Assembly (NCBI GenBank): GCA_963705305.1
Contig: OY970067.1
Span: forward strand, 4,672,001 to 4,736,000
DNA: 64,000 bases
Reading direction: 5' to 3'
Source: an uncultured Methylomirabilota bacterium
GTDB lineage: Bacteria > Methylomirabilota > Methylomirabilia > Methylomirabilales > 2-02-FULL-66-22
The notes beneath the pieces were generated by a model. That model was not told where the DNA came from. It worked only from the letters and a program-made list of their open reading frames with translations, and ran no database searches. Below, in pieces: positions 41,600 through 50,943 of the stretch (position 1 is the stretch's first letter; each line of letters starts with the position of its first letter). The position numbers and the translations under genes are program-made.

Positions 41600-42613
41600 T
41601 TACCGGCGCGTAGCTTCGATGGTCTTGAAGAGGTCGTCCACGTACTCCTTGCCGATCTCCTTTTCGGCCCACGCCTTGACCGGCGGCTGGGCCAGCGTGC
41701 GGAACCGCGCCAGCTCGGCGGGCGTCAGCTCCGTGACTTCCATGCCGAGCTTCGTGAGGATTTCCTTGGCGTGCATGTCCTGATCGCTCGTCATCTTGCG
41801 GTGGATGGCGATCGCTATCCGCGTGCCCTCCTCCACCGCCTTCCGCTCGACCGGCGTCAGGCTCTGATAAAACTTCTCGTTGATCAAGTAGCCGTGGACG
41901 CTCCATACGTGGGCGTCCAGCGTGATGTATTTCTGGTACTGGTACAGGCTGGCGGCCAGAATGTTGGTCACCCCGTTCTCCTCCCCGTCCACGACCTTCT
42001 GCTGGAGTGCCGTGGGCAGTTCGGCCCAGGGGATCGCCGAGGGGCTGGCACCCAGGGCACTGACCAGGATCTGGAACACGGGGCTGGGCATGACGCGGAT
42101 CTTGAGCCCCTTCATGTCGTCCGGCGTCTGGATGGGCCGCTTGCTGTTGGTGAAGTGGCGCACGCCGTTGTCGGCAAAGCCGAGCAGGCGGATCCCGGTC
42201 TTCTTGATCATGTCCTCGGAGAGTCTGTTCATCCAGGGGCTGTCGTACACGCGCCAGGCGTGCTCGTGATTGTCGTAGAGGAAGGGGATGCCGAGAATGC
42301 CGATGGGCTTGTACGCCAGGGCGATGGCGCCGTCGTGGGCCACGGCCATCTCCAGCGTGCCGAGCCGGAGCCCCGTCATGGTATCGGCGTCCCCCCCGAA
42401 CTGGCCGGCCGGGAAGATCTCGACCTGGATAGAGCCGTTGGTCGCTTTCTCGACATACTCCTTGAAGGCAAGCGCGGCAGCGTGCTTCGGCTGGTCAGGT
42501 CGGGCCGGCTGGAAGTGTGCGTACTTGAGGATCTTCGGTTGGGCCAGGGCGCTCGCCGGGAAGGCAAGCAGCGCGATGGCCAGGATGATGAGGGCCCTGC
42601 TTCTCCATTGCAT
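41600..42613 (-). CDS. dctP: TRAP transporter substrate-binding protein
   Basis: Signal peptide ALA-Q; FPAGQ.G, NGVRH, GLKIRVM (conserved Arg) and VDG.EN motifs. Confidence 0.92.
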   Translation of the reverse strand: MQWRSRALIILAIALLAFPASALAQPKILKYAHFQPARPDQPKHAAALAFKEYVEKATNGSIQVEIFPAGQFGGDADTMTGLRLGTLEMAVAHDGAIALAYKPIGILGIPFLYDNHEHAWRVYDSPWMNRLSEDMIKKTGIRLLGFADNGVRHFTNSKRPIQTPDDMKGLKIRVMPSPVFQILVSALGASPSAIPWAELPTALQQKVVDGEENGVTNILAASLYQYQKYITLDAHVWSVHGYLINEKFYQSLTPVERKAVEEGTRIAIAIHRKMTSDQDMHAKEILTKLGMEVTELTPAELARFRTLAQPPVKAWAEKEIGKEYVDDLFKTIEATRR

Positions 42614-42639
42614 GACACTTCCTCCTTCTCGATTCAGGG

Positions 42640-43929
42640 TTAACGAGCGAACCCGAACCAGCCGGGCACGGTCAGGCTGATCGCCGGGACGTACAACACC
42701 AGCGCCAGCACCGCCAAGAGCACGAACACCATGGGAAGGATGGCTCGGGCGAGTTTTTCGAAGCTCAGCTGGCCCACGGCCGTGAGGATGAAGAGGACGG
42801 CCCCTACCGGGGGCGTGACCATGCCGATGGTGATGTTCAGGACGAACGCCATAGCGAAGTGCAGGGGGTTGATGCCGACCTGATCGGCCAGCGGGGCCAG
42901 CACCGGCACCAGGATGATGACCGCGGGCAGGGTGTCGATGAACATGCCGCAGATCAGGACGAAGATCGCCACGATCGTCATCACAACCGTGGGATTCCGG
43001 CTGATGCCCATGATGTAGGCGGCGACGATCTGCGGGACCTGGACCAGGGTGAGGATATTGGCGAAGAGGGATGCCATGGAGACGATCAGGAGCGCGGCCG
43101 ACGTGACCAAGGCACTCTGCACCACAACCCGGGGGAGGGTGCGTAGGGTCAGCTTCTTGGTGACGAAGAAGCCGACGAACAGGGCGTAGAAAACCGCCAC
43201 CGCCGAGGCCTCGGTGGCGGTGAAGACGCCGCTCAGGATCCCGCCGATGATGATCGCCGGCATGAGCAGCGCGGGGACCGCCCGCCATACGCTGCGGAGC
43301 CGCTCCTTCCAGGTGGCCAGCGGCGACCGGAACAGGTAGTTGCGGCGGATGGCGGTGACGTGGTTGAGGGCCATCAGGGCGAGACCCATAATGGCGCCGG
43401 GAAGCACGCCGGCCAGGAACAGGCCCGCGATGGTCACCTTGCTGTCGGTAATGGCGTAAATCACCATGATGATGCTGGGCGGGATGATGGGACCCATGAT
43501 GGCCGTGGAGGCGGTCAAGGCCGCGGAGTAGTATTCGTCATACCCCGCCTTCTTCATCATGCGCATGATCAGGGCGCCGGGACCGGCGGCATCGGCCAGC
43601 GCCGAACCGCTGATCCCGGCGAACAGCATCATGGTGAGCACGTTGACATGGCCCAGCCCGCCGCGGATGTGCCCCACCATATTGGTGGTGAAGCGGAGCA
43701 GGGCCATGGTGATCCCGCTCGCGCTCATCAGGTCGGCCGCCAGGATGAAGAACGGAACCGCCATCAGGGGAAAGGAGTCGATCCCGTTGAAGAACCGCTG
43801 GGGCACGGAGAGAAGCGACAGCTTGCCACCCAGCAGAAGGGCCAGGAATCCGGAGCCGCCCATGCTGATGGACACGGGAAACCCGATCGCCATCCCAAGA
43901 ATGAACGTGACGACCAGCGTGATCCCCAT
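42640..43929 (-). CDS. dctM: TRAP transporter large permease
   Basis: FPLMAVPFFIL, GISGSALADA, IIPPSI, TATEA and TPPVG motifs. Confidence 0.95.
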   Translation of the reverse strand: MGITLVVTFILGMAIGFPVSISMGGSGFLALLLGGKLSLLSVPQRFFNGIDSFPLMAVPFFILAADLMSASGITMALLRFTTNMVGHIRGGLGHVNVLTMMLFAGISGSALADAAGPGALIMRMMKKAGYDEYYSAALTASTAIMGPIIPPSIIMVIYAITDSKVTIAGLFLAGVLPGAIMGLALMALNHVTAIRRNYLFRSPLATWKERLRSVWRAVPALLMPAIIIGGILSGVFTATEASAVAVFYALFVGFFVTKKLTLRTLPRVVVQSALVTSAALLIVSMASLFANILTLVQVPQIVAAYIMGISRNPTVVMTIVAIFVLICGMFIDTLPAVIILVPVLAPLADQVGINPLHFAMAFVLNITIGMVTPPVGAVLFILTAVGQLSFEKLARAILPMVFVLLAVLALVLYVPAISLTVPGWFGFAR

Positions 43930-43932
43930 GCC

Positions 43933-44448
43933 TTACGCCTCCTCCCCCGAAAGATCTTCCAGCACAACCCCGGGCGCGAACTTTCGGTTCGCATAGTCGC
44001 GGAACATGAGGATGAGGTGCGCGGCGAAGAGCAGGCTGCCGATGGGGATGGCCAGAGACGGGATGCCGAGGGAGATGTTCAGGACGGGGGTCTCCTGATT
44101 CCAGACGAAGAGGGCAAATTGAAATCCGAGAACCGTCACCGTCCCGAGAAACGCCAGCACCAGCCCACCGACCACCATTCTTACCCGGCGGCTCAGCGGA
44201 GCGGGGAGGCGATCGTGCAGGATCTCCAGGGCCACGTGACGCCCCTCGCGCAGGGCGAGGCCGGCCCCCACGTAGGCGATCCAGATCATTAAGTACTGCG
44301 AGACCTCCTCGGCCCAGATGATCGAGAAGTTGAAGACATACCGGGTGACGACGTTGACGAAGACCAGCGTGGACATCGTGGCCATCATGACAAAGATCAC
44401 CGCTCGATTGGCGGTGACGAGGTAGTACTCGAACCGACTCTCGAACAT
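43933..44448 (-). CDS. dctQ: TRAP transporter small permease
   Basis: VVTRY..N.SIIWAEEV..YL.IW..Y.GA and H motifs; four TM helices. Confidence 0.92.
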   Translation of the reverse strand: MFESRFEYYLVTANRAVIFVMMATMSTLVFVNVVTRYVFNFSIIWAEEVSQYLMIWIAYVGAGLALREGRHVALEILHDRLPAPLSRRVRMVVGGLVLAFLGTVTVLGFQFALFVWNQETPVLNISLGIPSLAIPIGSLLFAAHLILMFRDYANRKFAPGVVLEDLSGEEA

Positions 44449-44586
44449 GGAGAACCTCCCTGGAGGGTCGAGTCCTTGGTCCCGAAACTGTCCGGCCGCA
44501 CCGCTCCTCTCCGGATCACGGGCCAGGGGCCGGTTCTCGCCGACGTGCGCAGCCACGCCCGTCGCCGAGCACGCGACGCGAAGCGC

Positions 44587-45465
44587 TCAGTACCGCTTGC
44601 TGATCAGGGCCTGGCGGGTCTTCTGCACGCTCGCCACGAATTTCTCGCTCCTCCGCAGGGCCACCCCCACTGCCAGCACATCGATGACCGACAGGTGGGC
44701 GATGCGGGAGGACATTGGTTCTGGCTTGAAGCCCGTCTCGCGTGTGTGCACACACAGCGCGACATCCGCCAGGGCCGCGACCGGGGACTTGCGGTGGCTC
44801 ACGATGGCGATGCTGGCCGCTCCCGCCTGCCTGGCGATCTCCAGCGTCTCCACGATGTCCTTGGTGGAGCCGGAATGAGAGACGGCCACCACGACGCAGC
44901 GCGGCGTCATCAGCGCCGCCGACATAACCTGCATGTGTGGATCGTCCTGCCAACCGCAGGGGATGCCGATGCGGAAGAACTTATGGTAGGCGTCCATGGC
45001 CACAGGCGCGGAGCCGCCGAAGCCGATGAACTCGATGCGAGAGGCCCGGGCGAGAAGCCGGATGGCCCGTTCCACGTGGGCCGGCTCCAGCGTTTCCGCA
45101 CTGTCCTGGATCGCCAGGGCGTTGGCAGTCAGGATCTTGCGGATGAGGGTGGCCGGGTCGTCCCCGGGCTGCACATCCTCATGGATGTTCTTCACCTCGG
45201 GGACAAGGTCCTGGGCCAGACGGATCTTGAGGTCATGATAGCCCTTCAGGCCCAGCGCGCGGCAGAAGCGGATGACGGTGGGCTCGCTGGTGCCGGCGTT
45301 CTCGGCCAATTCGCTGATGGACTGGTAGATGACCTTGTCCGGGGCCGCCAGGACGTACTCCCCCACGCGCCGCTCGGCCGCTCGAAGCTCATCGCTCTTG
45401 GCGCCGAGCATCCGCAGGATGCTTCCGCGCCGGGAGGAGCCGTCAGCCGTCCGCTGCTCGCGCAT
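44587..45465 (-). CDS. RpiR/HexR-family transcriptional regulator
   Basis: HTH SISELA...TSEPTVIRFCR.LG..GY plus SIS domain (G.GGS, SHSGST). Confidence 0.93.
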   Translation of the reverse strand: MREQRTADGSSRRGSILRMLGAKSDELRAAERRVGEYVLAAPDKVIYQSISELAENAGTSEPTVIRFCRALGLKGYHDLKIRLAQDLVPEVKNIHEDVQPGDDPATLIRKILTANALAIQDSAETLEPAHVERAIRLLARASRIEFIGFGGSAPVAMDAYHKFFRIGIPCGWQDDPHMQVMSAALMTPRCVVVAVSHSGSTKDIVETLEIARQAGAASIAIVSHRKSPVAALADVALCVHTRETGFKPEPMSSRIAHLSVIDVLAVGVALRRSEKFVASVQKTRQALISKRY

Positions 45466-45502
45466 CGCCACCGCCCTGGCTGGATCGGGGGAAAGGTCTG
45501 TC

Positions 45503-45558
45503 TGTAGTTTTCCTACTACCAAAGCCATTTATTAAAGTCAATAGGAAAAAATACTACA
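45503..45558 (-). promoter_or_regulatory. Promoter of the rpiR-TRAP operon flanked by two inverted operator-like boxes
   Basis: Minus strand TTGACT-17 nt-TAGTAG (TGn extended); boxes TGTAGTTTTCCTA (45503-45515, +) and TGTAGTATTTTTTCCTA (45542-45558, -) in an AT-rich island. Confidence 0.6.
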
Positions 45559-45682
45559 GGACCTCCTTCGCCAGCCTTTCCGGACCACGCCGGAGTCCCC
45601 CGGCACCGCGCGCCGGCTTGGCGGACTGGCGCTTACCGCCAGCCGCGACTCTGCGGCGGCCGCAGTTCCCGGGCCATTTCGC

Positions 45683-45712
45683 TTGCCAGAGGGACGCCCA
45701 GAGCGCTATGCT
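45683..45712 (+). promoter_or_regulatory. Putative sigma70 promoter of sod
   Basis: TTGCCA-18 nt-TATGCT. Confidence 0.5.
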
Positions 45713-45797
45713 ACGCCCTGCTCGGCGCCTGCGAGGTCTTCTGGGACCCTCCGCGGATTGGCGCTGTGTCTGCTTTTCTTCCGAAAGGAGGGAGACC

Positions 45798-46400
45798 ATG
45801 GCCTTTGATCTTCCGACGCTCCCCTACGCCGAGAACGACCTGGAGCCGCACTACTCCGCCAAGACCATCGGCTTTCACCACGGGAAGCACCACAAGGCCT
45901 ACGTGGACAATCTCAACAAGCTGATCGCCGGAACCGATTTGGAGACCAAATCCCTTGATGAGATCATCAGGGCGACGGCGGGCAATGCCCAGCGGGTCGG
46001 AATCTTCAACAATGCAGCCCAGGTGTGGAACCACACGTTTTTCTGGAACAGCATGAAGCCCGGTGGCGGCGGAAAGCCGGCGGGGTCAGTGGCCGCCAGA
46101 ATCGACCAGAGCTTCGGGAGTTACCAGAAGTTCGCCGAGCAGTTCAAGGGAGCGGCGGTGGCTCGCTTCGGCAGCGGCTGGACATGGCTGGTTCTGGAGC
46201 GAGGCGCCTTGAAGATCATCAGCACGCCGAACGCCGAGACCCCCCTGACCAGCGCGCAAATCCCGCTCGTCACCGTGGATGTCTGGGAGCACGCGTACTA
46301 TCTCGACTACCAGAACCGGCGGCCCGACTTCGTCCAGGCTTTCTTGGATCATCTGGTGAGCTGGGACTTTGCGGCGGCCAATCTGGCCGGCGCCAAGTAG
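45798..46400 (+). CDS. sodB: Superoxide dismutase, Fe/Mn family (Fe-type signature)
   Basis: LPY..LEP, HHGKHH, FNNAAQVWNH, FGSGW and DVWEHAYY motifs; AAGGAGG RBS. Confidence 0.95.
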   Translation: MAFDLPTLPYAENDLEPHYSAKTIGFHHGKHHKAYVDNLNKLIAGTDLETKSLDEIIRATAGNAQRVGIFNNAAQVWNHTFFWNSMKPGGGGKPAGSVAARIDQSFGSYQKFAEQFKGAAVARFGSGWTWLVLERGALKIISTPNAETPLTSAQIPLVTVDVWEHAYYLDYQNRRPDFVQAFLDHLVSWDFAAANLAGAK

Positions 46401-46427
46401 GACCGCTGCGCTCTCTCCACCTGTCGG

Positions 46428-46566
46428 CGGGACCCCCTCCGGGCACTCGGCGGGGGGGTCCGCGCCTGCCGGCGCGGCGGCCGTCTCGGACATTCTGCAG
46501 AACCTCCCGTCTCCCCCCTCCTGCGGGGTGCGGGGCAGGAGGGGCCCCCTTCCGCGGAAGGCCCCC
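46428..46566. terminator. GC hairpin cluster between convergent sod and aldo/keto reductase genes
   Basis: GGACCCCC..GGGGGTCC, CCCCTCCTGC..GCAGGAGGGG and CCTTCCGCGGAAGG; no clear U-tract. Confidence 0.4.
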
Positions 46567-46574
46567 TCGATATG

Positions 46575-47534
46575 CTAGCCCTCGGCCAGGACTGCGCGGG
46601 CTCTGGCCACTTCTTCGGCAGTCAACAGCACACCATCGCTGGCCGCGCTGTTATCCCGCGCCTGCTCGGGGGTCTTGGCGCCCGGAATAACCGTGGACAC
46701 GGCCGGATGCGCCAGGCAATACTGGAGCGCCGCCTGGGCCAGTGTCCTGCGTTTTCCCACAGTGAGAAAACTGAGCTGCGCGACCTGTGCCACCATGCGG
46801 CGGACCTTCTCCGCGGTGTACGTCCCGGCCCGGTGGTCATTCGCCGGGAACGCCACATCGGCCTTGAATTTTCCGGTGAGGAACCCCGACGCCAGCGGCA
46901 CGCGCGCGATGATCCCGATCCCTCTTTGCTGCGCCAGGGGAAGCAGCTCCTTCTCCGGCTCCCGCTCCAGCATGTTGTAGACGACCTGAATGGTGTCCGC
47001 GGGCGTATGCTGGATCACCCAGGGACCATGCGCCGCCGGCCCCACCGACACGCCAGAGAACCGGATCTTGCCCTGCGCCTTCAGCATTTCGAGCGCCTCG
47101 AATGCATCATCTCCGTAGCCCGCGAGATCGGTCGGGGAATGCAGCTGGTAGAGGTCCACATAGTCCATCCCCAGCCGCCGGAGGCTGCCCTCGATGGCCT
47201 CGAGGATCCACGGCTTCGAGAAATCCTTCACCCACTTGCCCTCGGGAGAGGTCCGGTTGCCGACCTTGGTGGCGATCACCACCTGGTCCCGGTTGGACCG
47301 GAGCGCCTTGCCGATCAACACCTCGCTGCGGCCCGCCCCATAGGCATCCGACGTGTCGAAGAAGGTCACGCCGGCATCCCGGGCGGCCTGGATGGCCCGG
47401 ATCGAGGCGGCATCGTCCACCTCGCCCCAGCCGATCTCGACAGGCCCCAGCTTGGAGGGGCCGCCGATGGCCCAGGCCCCGAAACCCACCTCCGACACGC
47501 GCAGCCCCGTGCGTCCCAGTGTTCGGTAGTTCAT
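46575..47534 (-). CDS. Aldo/keto reductase
   Basis: LGRTGL.VSEVGFG, DTSDAYG, ATK, DLYQLH, PLASGFLTGK and IPGAK motifs. Confidence 0.94.
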   Translation of the reverse strand: MNYRTLGRTGLRVSEVGFGAWAIGGPSKLGPVEIGWGEVDDAASIRAIQAARDAGVTFFDTSDAYGAGRSEVLIGKALRSNRDQVVIATKVGNRTSPEGKWVKDFSKPWILEAIEGSLRRLGMDYVDLYQLHSPTDLAGYGDDAFEALEMLKAQGKIRFSGVSVGPAAHGPWVIQHTPADTIQVVYNMLEREPEKELLPLAQQRGIGIIARVPLASGFLTGKFKADVAFPANDHRAGTYTAEKVRRMVAQVAQLSFLTVGKRRTLAQAALQYCLAHPAVSTVIPGAKTPEQARDNSAASDGVLLTAEEVARARAVLAEG

Positions 47535-47727
47535 TGCTCCTCCGCTATCAAGGGGTCCAGTCCGAGATGATGCACTTACACCCTTCGCCCGCCACGCGCC
47601 GGTCTCTGCGGCAGCATGCGGCGGCAAGCCCCGAGCGTCAACGAAGGCATTCGGCCGGATCTCCCCGCCAATATCCGGCCCGCTCGCCGACCATCCGGGC
47701 GCGCCACCGCGCCTCCGGCGGGCTATC

Positions 47728-48519
47728 CTACTGCGTCTTCGGCGTGGCCCGCATGGCGCCGATCGTGAAGCCGCCGTCCACGAAGAGCAGCTGGCCGGTC
47801 ACGTACGCCGCCTCGTCGGAGGCCAGGAACACCATGGCCCCGTCCATGTCGTTGGGCAGGCCGGTCCGGCCGGCGGGAATCTTCTCGACCACGTTCGCCA
47901 CCCACTGCGGGTCTTCATAGAGGATGGCGTTCTGGGCGGTCTTGAACCAGCCGGGCGCCAGGACGTTGACCGTGATCCCGTGCGGCGCCCATTCAGCCGC
48001 CAGCGCCTTGGTCATCTGGGTCATGCCCCCCCTGGCGGCGCAGTATGGGACGATCCCCGGAAATCCGAACAGCGACGTGCCCGATCCGATGTTGACGATG
48101 CGCCCCCGCTTCTGGCGCAGCATGGCCGAGCGGACCACAGCCTGAGAGACGAAGAACGCGCCCCTGAGGATGGTGTCCACGACCGTGCTCCAATCCTCCG
48201 GGGTGAGCTCCACGCTGGCCTTCCGGATGTTGCAGCCGGCGTTGTTGACGAGGATATCGATGCGCCCCCATTCCTTCAGCACCCGATCCACCACGGGCTG
48301 GATGGTCTCCAGCTTCCGGTTGTCCAGGGCGCACGGCAGGGCCTTTCGCCCCAGGGCCTCAATATCCGCCCGGGTCTGTTGAAGCGACTCCACCGTCCGG
48401 CTCGTGATTGCCAGGTCCGCCCCGGCGCGCGCCAGGGCCCGCGAGAAGTACTGCCCCAGGCCGCGGCTGGCTCCCGTCACCAGGGCCACCTTCCCACTCA
48501 GGTCACAGTATCCCGCCAT
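47728..48519 (-). CDS. SDR, gluconate 5-dehydrogenase/KduD-like
   Basis: TGASRGLG, NNAGCNIR, YCAAR (Arg in place of the YxxxK Lys), LAPGWF.T and VDGG motifs. Confidence 0.88.
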   Translation of the reverse strand: MAGYCDLSGKVALVTGASRGLGQYFSRALARAGADLAITSRTVESLQQTRADIEALGRKALPCALDNRKLETIQPVVDRVLKEWGRIDILVNNAGCNIRKASVELTPEDWSTVVDTILRGAFFVSQAVVRSAMLRQKRGRIVNIGSGTSLFGFPGIVPYCAARGGMTQMTKALAAEWAPHGITVNVLAPGWFKTAQNAILYEDPQWVANVVEKIPAGRTGLPNDMDGAMVFLASDEAAYVTGQLLFVDGGFTIGAMRATPKTQ

Positions 48520-48615
48520 CCGTTCCTCCTTTGGATAGGTGATCTCCGCGTCGGACGACGCACCCGGCGGCGACCATTGCGGGCGCCGCTCCCGCTGCCG
48601 CGCTTGTCCCCGCGC

Positions 48616-49647
48616 TCACGGCTGGAGGACCACCTTCATGAGCCCCGATTCGCCGTGGTGCAGGGCGTCGAACCACTTCTGCCCCTCCGCCAGCGGGGCA
48701 ACCCGGCTGATCAAGGGGCGTGCCTGCAGGCGTCCCTGCGCCATGAGATTCAGACACGCGGCGTACTCGCCGGCGATGGCGCAGGAGCCGCGGATCGTCA
48801 GCTCGCGGGCCACGACATTCTGCAGGTGCATCTCGATCTTCGGCGTCACATTCCCGATGAGAGTGACATGACCGCCCATCTTCACCAAGCCCAGGGCCAG
48901 ATCGACCGTGGCCTGGATGCCGACAGCCTCCAGCACCGCGTCCACGTCGGGCCGGCCGAGCTGGCGCGTGAGCTCGGCGGCTGCATCCGTCTTGGCGGTG
49001 TTGATGACAATGTCGGCGCCCAGGCTCCGCGCAAACGCCAGCCGCTCTTCCCGCACGTCCAGCGCCACCAGCGTCCCGGCCCCCTTGATGCGGACCCCCT
49101 GCATGGCAAACAGTCCGATTTGGCCGGCCCCCACCACGGCGACCACGTCGTTGATCTCGATGGGCGTGATCCGGGCGGCATGCATCCCCACGCCCGCGGG
49201 CTCGATCAGGGCCGCCTCCTCGAATGACACGGCATCGGGGAGCCGGTAGATGATCCAGCGCGGAACCACCACGTACTCGGCCATGGCCCCTTCCGCCCGG
49301 AACGTGGGCGTGGAGACGCCCAGCACCTTGCGATTCTGGCAAAGGTTGACGCGCCCCTGGCGGCAGGCCGGACACTCGTTGCAGTAGATGGTGGAATCGA
49401 AGGTGATGCGATCCCCGACCGCCACCTCGGTCACGCGGCGGCCGATGGCCTCCACCACGCCGGCAGCCTCATGGCCCATGATGATGGGCGGGATGCGGCG
49501 CCCTGTCTTTCCGGTATAGCCGTGCACATCCGACCCGCAGATGCCGACGGCTTTCACCCGGACCAGCACCTCCTCATCAGCGATCCGGGGATCCGGAACG
49601 TCCTTGAATACGAATTGCATGGGGGCCGTGTGCACGAGGGCCTTCAT
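48616..49647 (-). CDS. Zn-dependent polyol/sugar dehydrogenase (galactitol-1-P / sorbitol DH-like)
   Basis: GICGSD, GHE, CNECPAC..C structural Zn ligands, EP and GAGQIG motifs. Confidence 0.92.
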   Translation of the reverse strand: MKALVHTAPMQFVFKDVPDPRIADEEVLVRVKAVGICGSDVHGYTGKTGRRIPPIIMGHEAAGVVEAIGRRVTEVAVGDRITFDSTIYCNECPACRQGRVNLCQNRKVLGVSTPTFRAEGAMAEYVVVPRWIIYRLPDAVSFEEAALIEPAGVGMHAARITPIEINDVVAVVGAGQIGLFAMQGVRIKGAGTLVALDVREERLAFARSLGADIVINTAKTDAAAELTRQLGRPDVDAVLEAVGIQATVDLALGLVKMGGHVTLIGNVTPKIEMHLQNVVARELTIRGSCAIAGEYAACLNLMAQGRLQARPLISRVAPLAEGQKWFDALHHGESGLMKVVLQP

Positions 49648-49759
49648 GGGTCCATTCCTCCTGTGGCTGTCCGAGGCAGGGTTGAGGGCCGCCACTCCAG
49701 GGACGGCGAAGAGTCCGCCGGCGCCTCGCCGTCCGGCATCTTCTGCGAGCACGGAGCCG

Positions 49760-49788
49760 AGTATAGGCATTGCGGCGGCTGGAATCAA
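49760..49788 (-). promoter_or_regulatory. Putative sigma70 promoter of the dehydrogenase-SDR unit
   Basis: Minus strand TTGATT-17 nt-TATACT. Confidence 0.6.
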
Positions 49789-50010
49789 CCCGCGCCCGCA
49801 GGATGTCAGGCGGTCCGCACCGGTGCGGTCGCCCATCGGACCCCACCAGCGCACGGGACAGGGGCAGACGGCGACATCTGGTCAGCCGGGCCGGTCGATC
49901 GCACCTTTCGCAGCGTTTGCTTGCAGTTCGAGCAACTTTCGGGTACATAGATTCCATGCGGTTGCCCGCTGGGGATGGCGGCCGGCCCGTCTGAGCTGCG
50001 GTGAACCATC

Positions 50011-50394
50011 GTGGAGGAGAGGCGCGTGATGGCCGAGCTGCGGAGAGCCGTCGGAGTCGATGTCGATCTCGTCGAGGAATCGGTCAAGAGGCATTTCGGA
50101 GGAGACTTCACCTCGAAGATTGCCTGGGATTTCCTTCGAAACCGATTTGTCCCTTCCGATCTGCCCAGGCGTCTGGCCACTCCTCAGAAGATCTTGGGCA
50201 TTCGGATCTGGTGGAAGAGCATCGGCGAGTTTACCGACAATCTGGGGTTTCGCTTGGAACTCTGGGATGCGACCTATCTTCCCCAAGCCCGGGCCGTTGC
50301 TGAGGAGTACAACCGCCGGACCGAGGGAACGAAGCTCGAGCTCTACCCCGTCTCCATGGGCTGGCCGACGTCCAGCCACCCGCGGGCGGCCTGA
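50011..50394 (+). CDS. Hypothetical protein
   Basis: Globular-looking composition filling the gap between divergent and convergent genes; start 50011 or 50029. Confidence 0.55.
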   Translation: MEERRVMAELRRAVGVDVDLVEESVKRHFGGDFTSKIAWDFLRNRFVPSDLPRRLATPQKILGIRIWWKSIGEFTDNLGFRLELWDATYLPQARAVAEEYNRRTEGTKLELYPVSMGWPTSSHPRAA

Positions 50395-50566
50395 GGCCTT
50401 GCCCCGGGAACACTGCAGCCGCACCGAAACCTCCCGACGAACCAGAGCGGCCTCGCCCTCGAACGACGAAGCCTCGCCCGTGAATCATCCGGCCGAGGCC
50501 GGATCACTTCCGGCCCCCCCGAGCCGCCGAGAGGCCGGGCGGGCCCCATCCTGAACCGGGAGGCGG

Positions 50567-50917
50567 CTACCACGACTGGCGGGCGATATCGAAGAGGCGT
50601 TGCGCGAAGGGGGGCCCCTGCTCCATCTCGAAAACAACACCGTGCAGGTGAGGACCGCCTTCGGCATCGGCCCAGACGACCCGGCCCGAGAGCGTGAACG
50701 ACATCACCGGCGTCTTCAGGTCCACATCGAGGCGGGTGCCCACGGGCAGCGGGCGGGGGAGGAACAGGCGGACTCCCCCCTCGCTCACATCCAGGAGCTT
50801 GCCGGTCATCGTCTGCGGAGAAGCTTCCGACACGACGGTCACGGAAAAGACAACGAGGTAACGCGGGTGGAACCGCCGCTCCGAATCTTTGCTGTTCCCT
50901 GAGGCCATAACGGGCAT
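50567..50917 (-). CDS. Single-domain PilZ protein (c-di-GMP binding motifs)
   Basis: RRFHPR (RxxxR), DVSEGG (DxSxxG), GRVVW and GV.F motifs. Confidence 0.88.
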   Translation of the reverse strand: MPVMASGNSKDSERRFHPRYLVVFSVTVVSEASPQTMTGKLLDVSEGGVRLFLPRPLPVGTRLDVDLKTPVMSFTLSGRVVWADAEGGPHLHGVVFEMEQGPPFAQRLFDIARQSW

Positions 50918-50943
50918 TGCGCCTACCTAGATCGGTACCGCGG

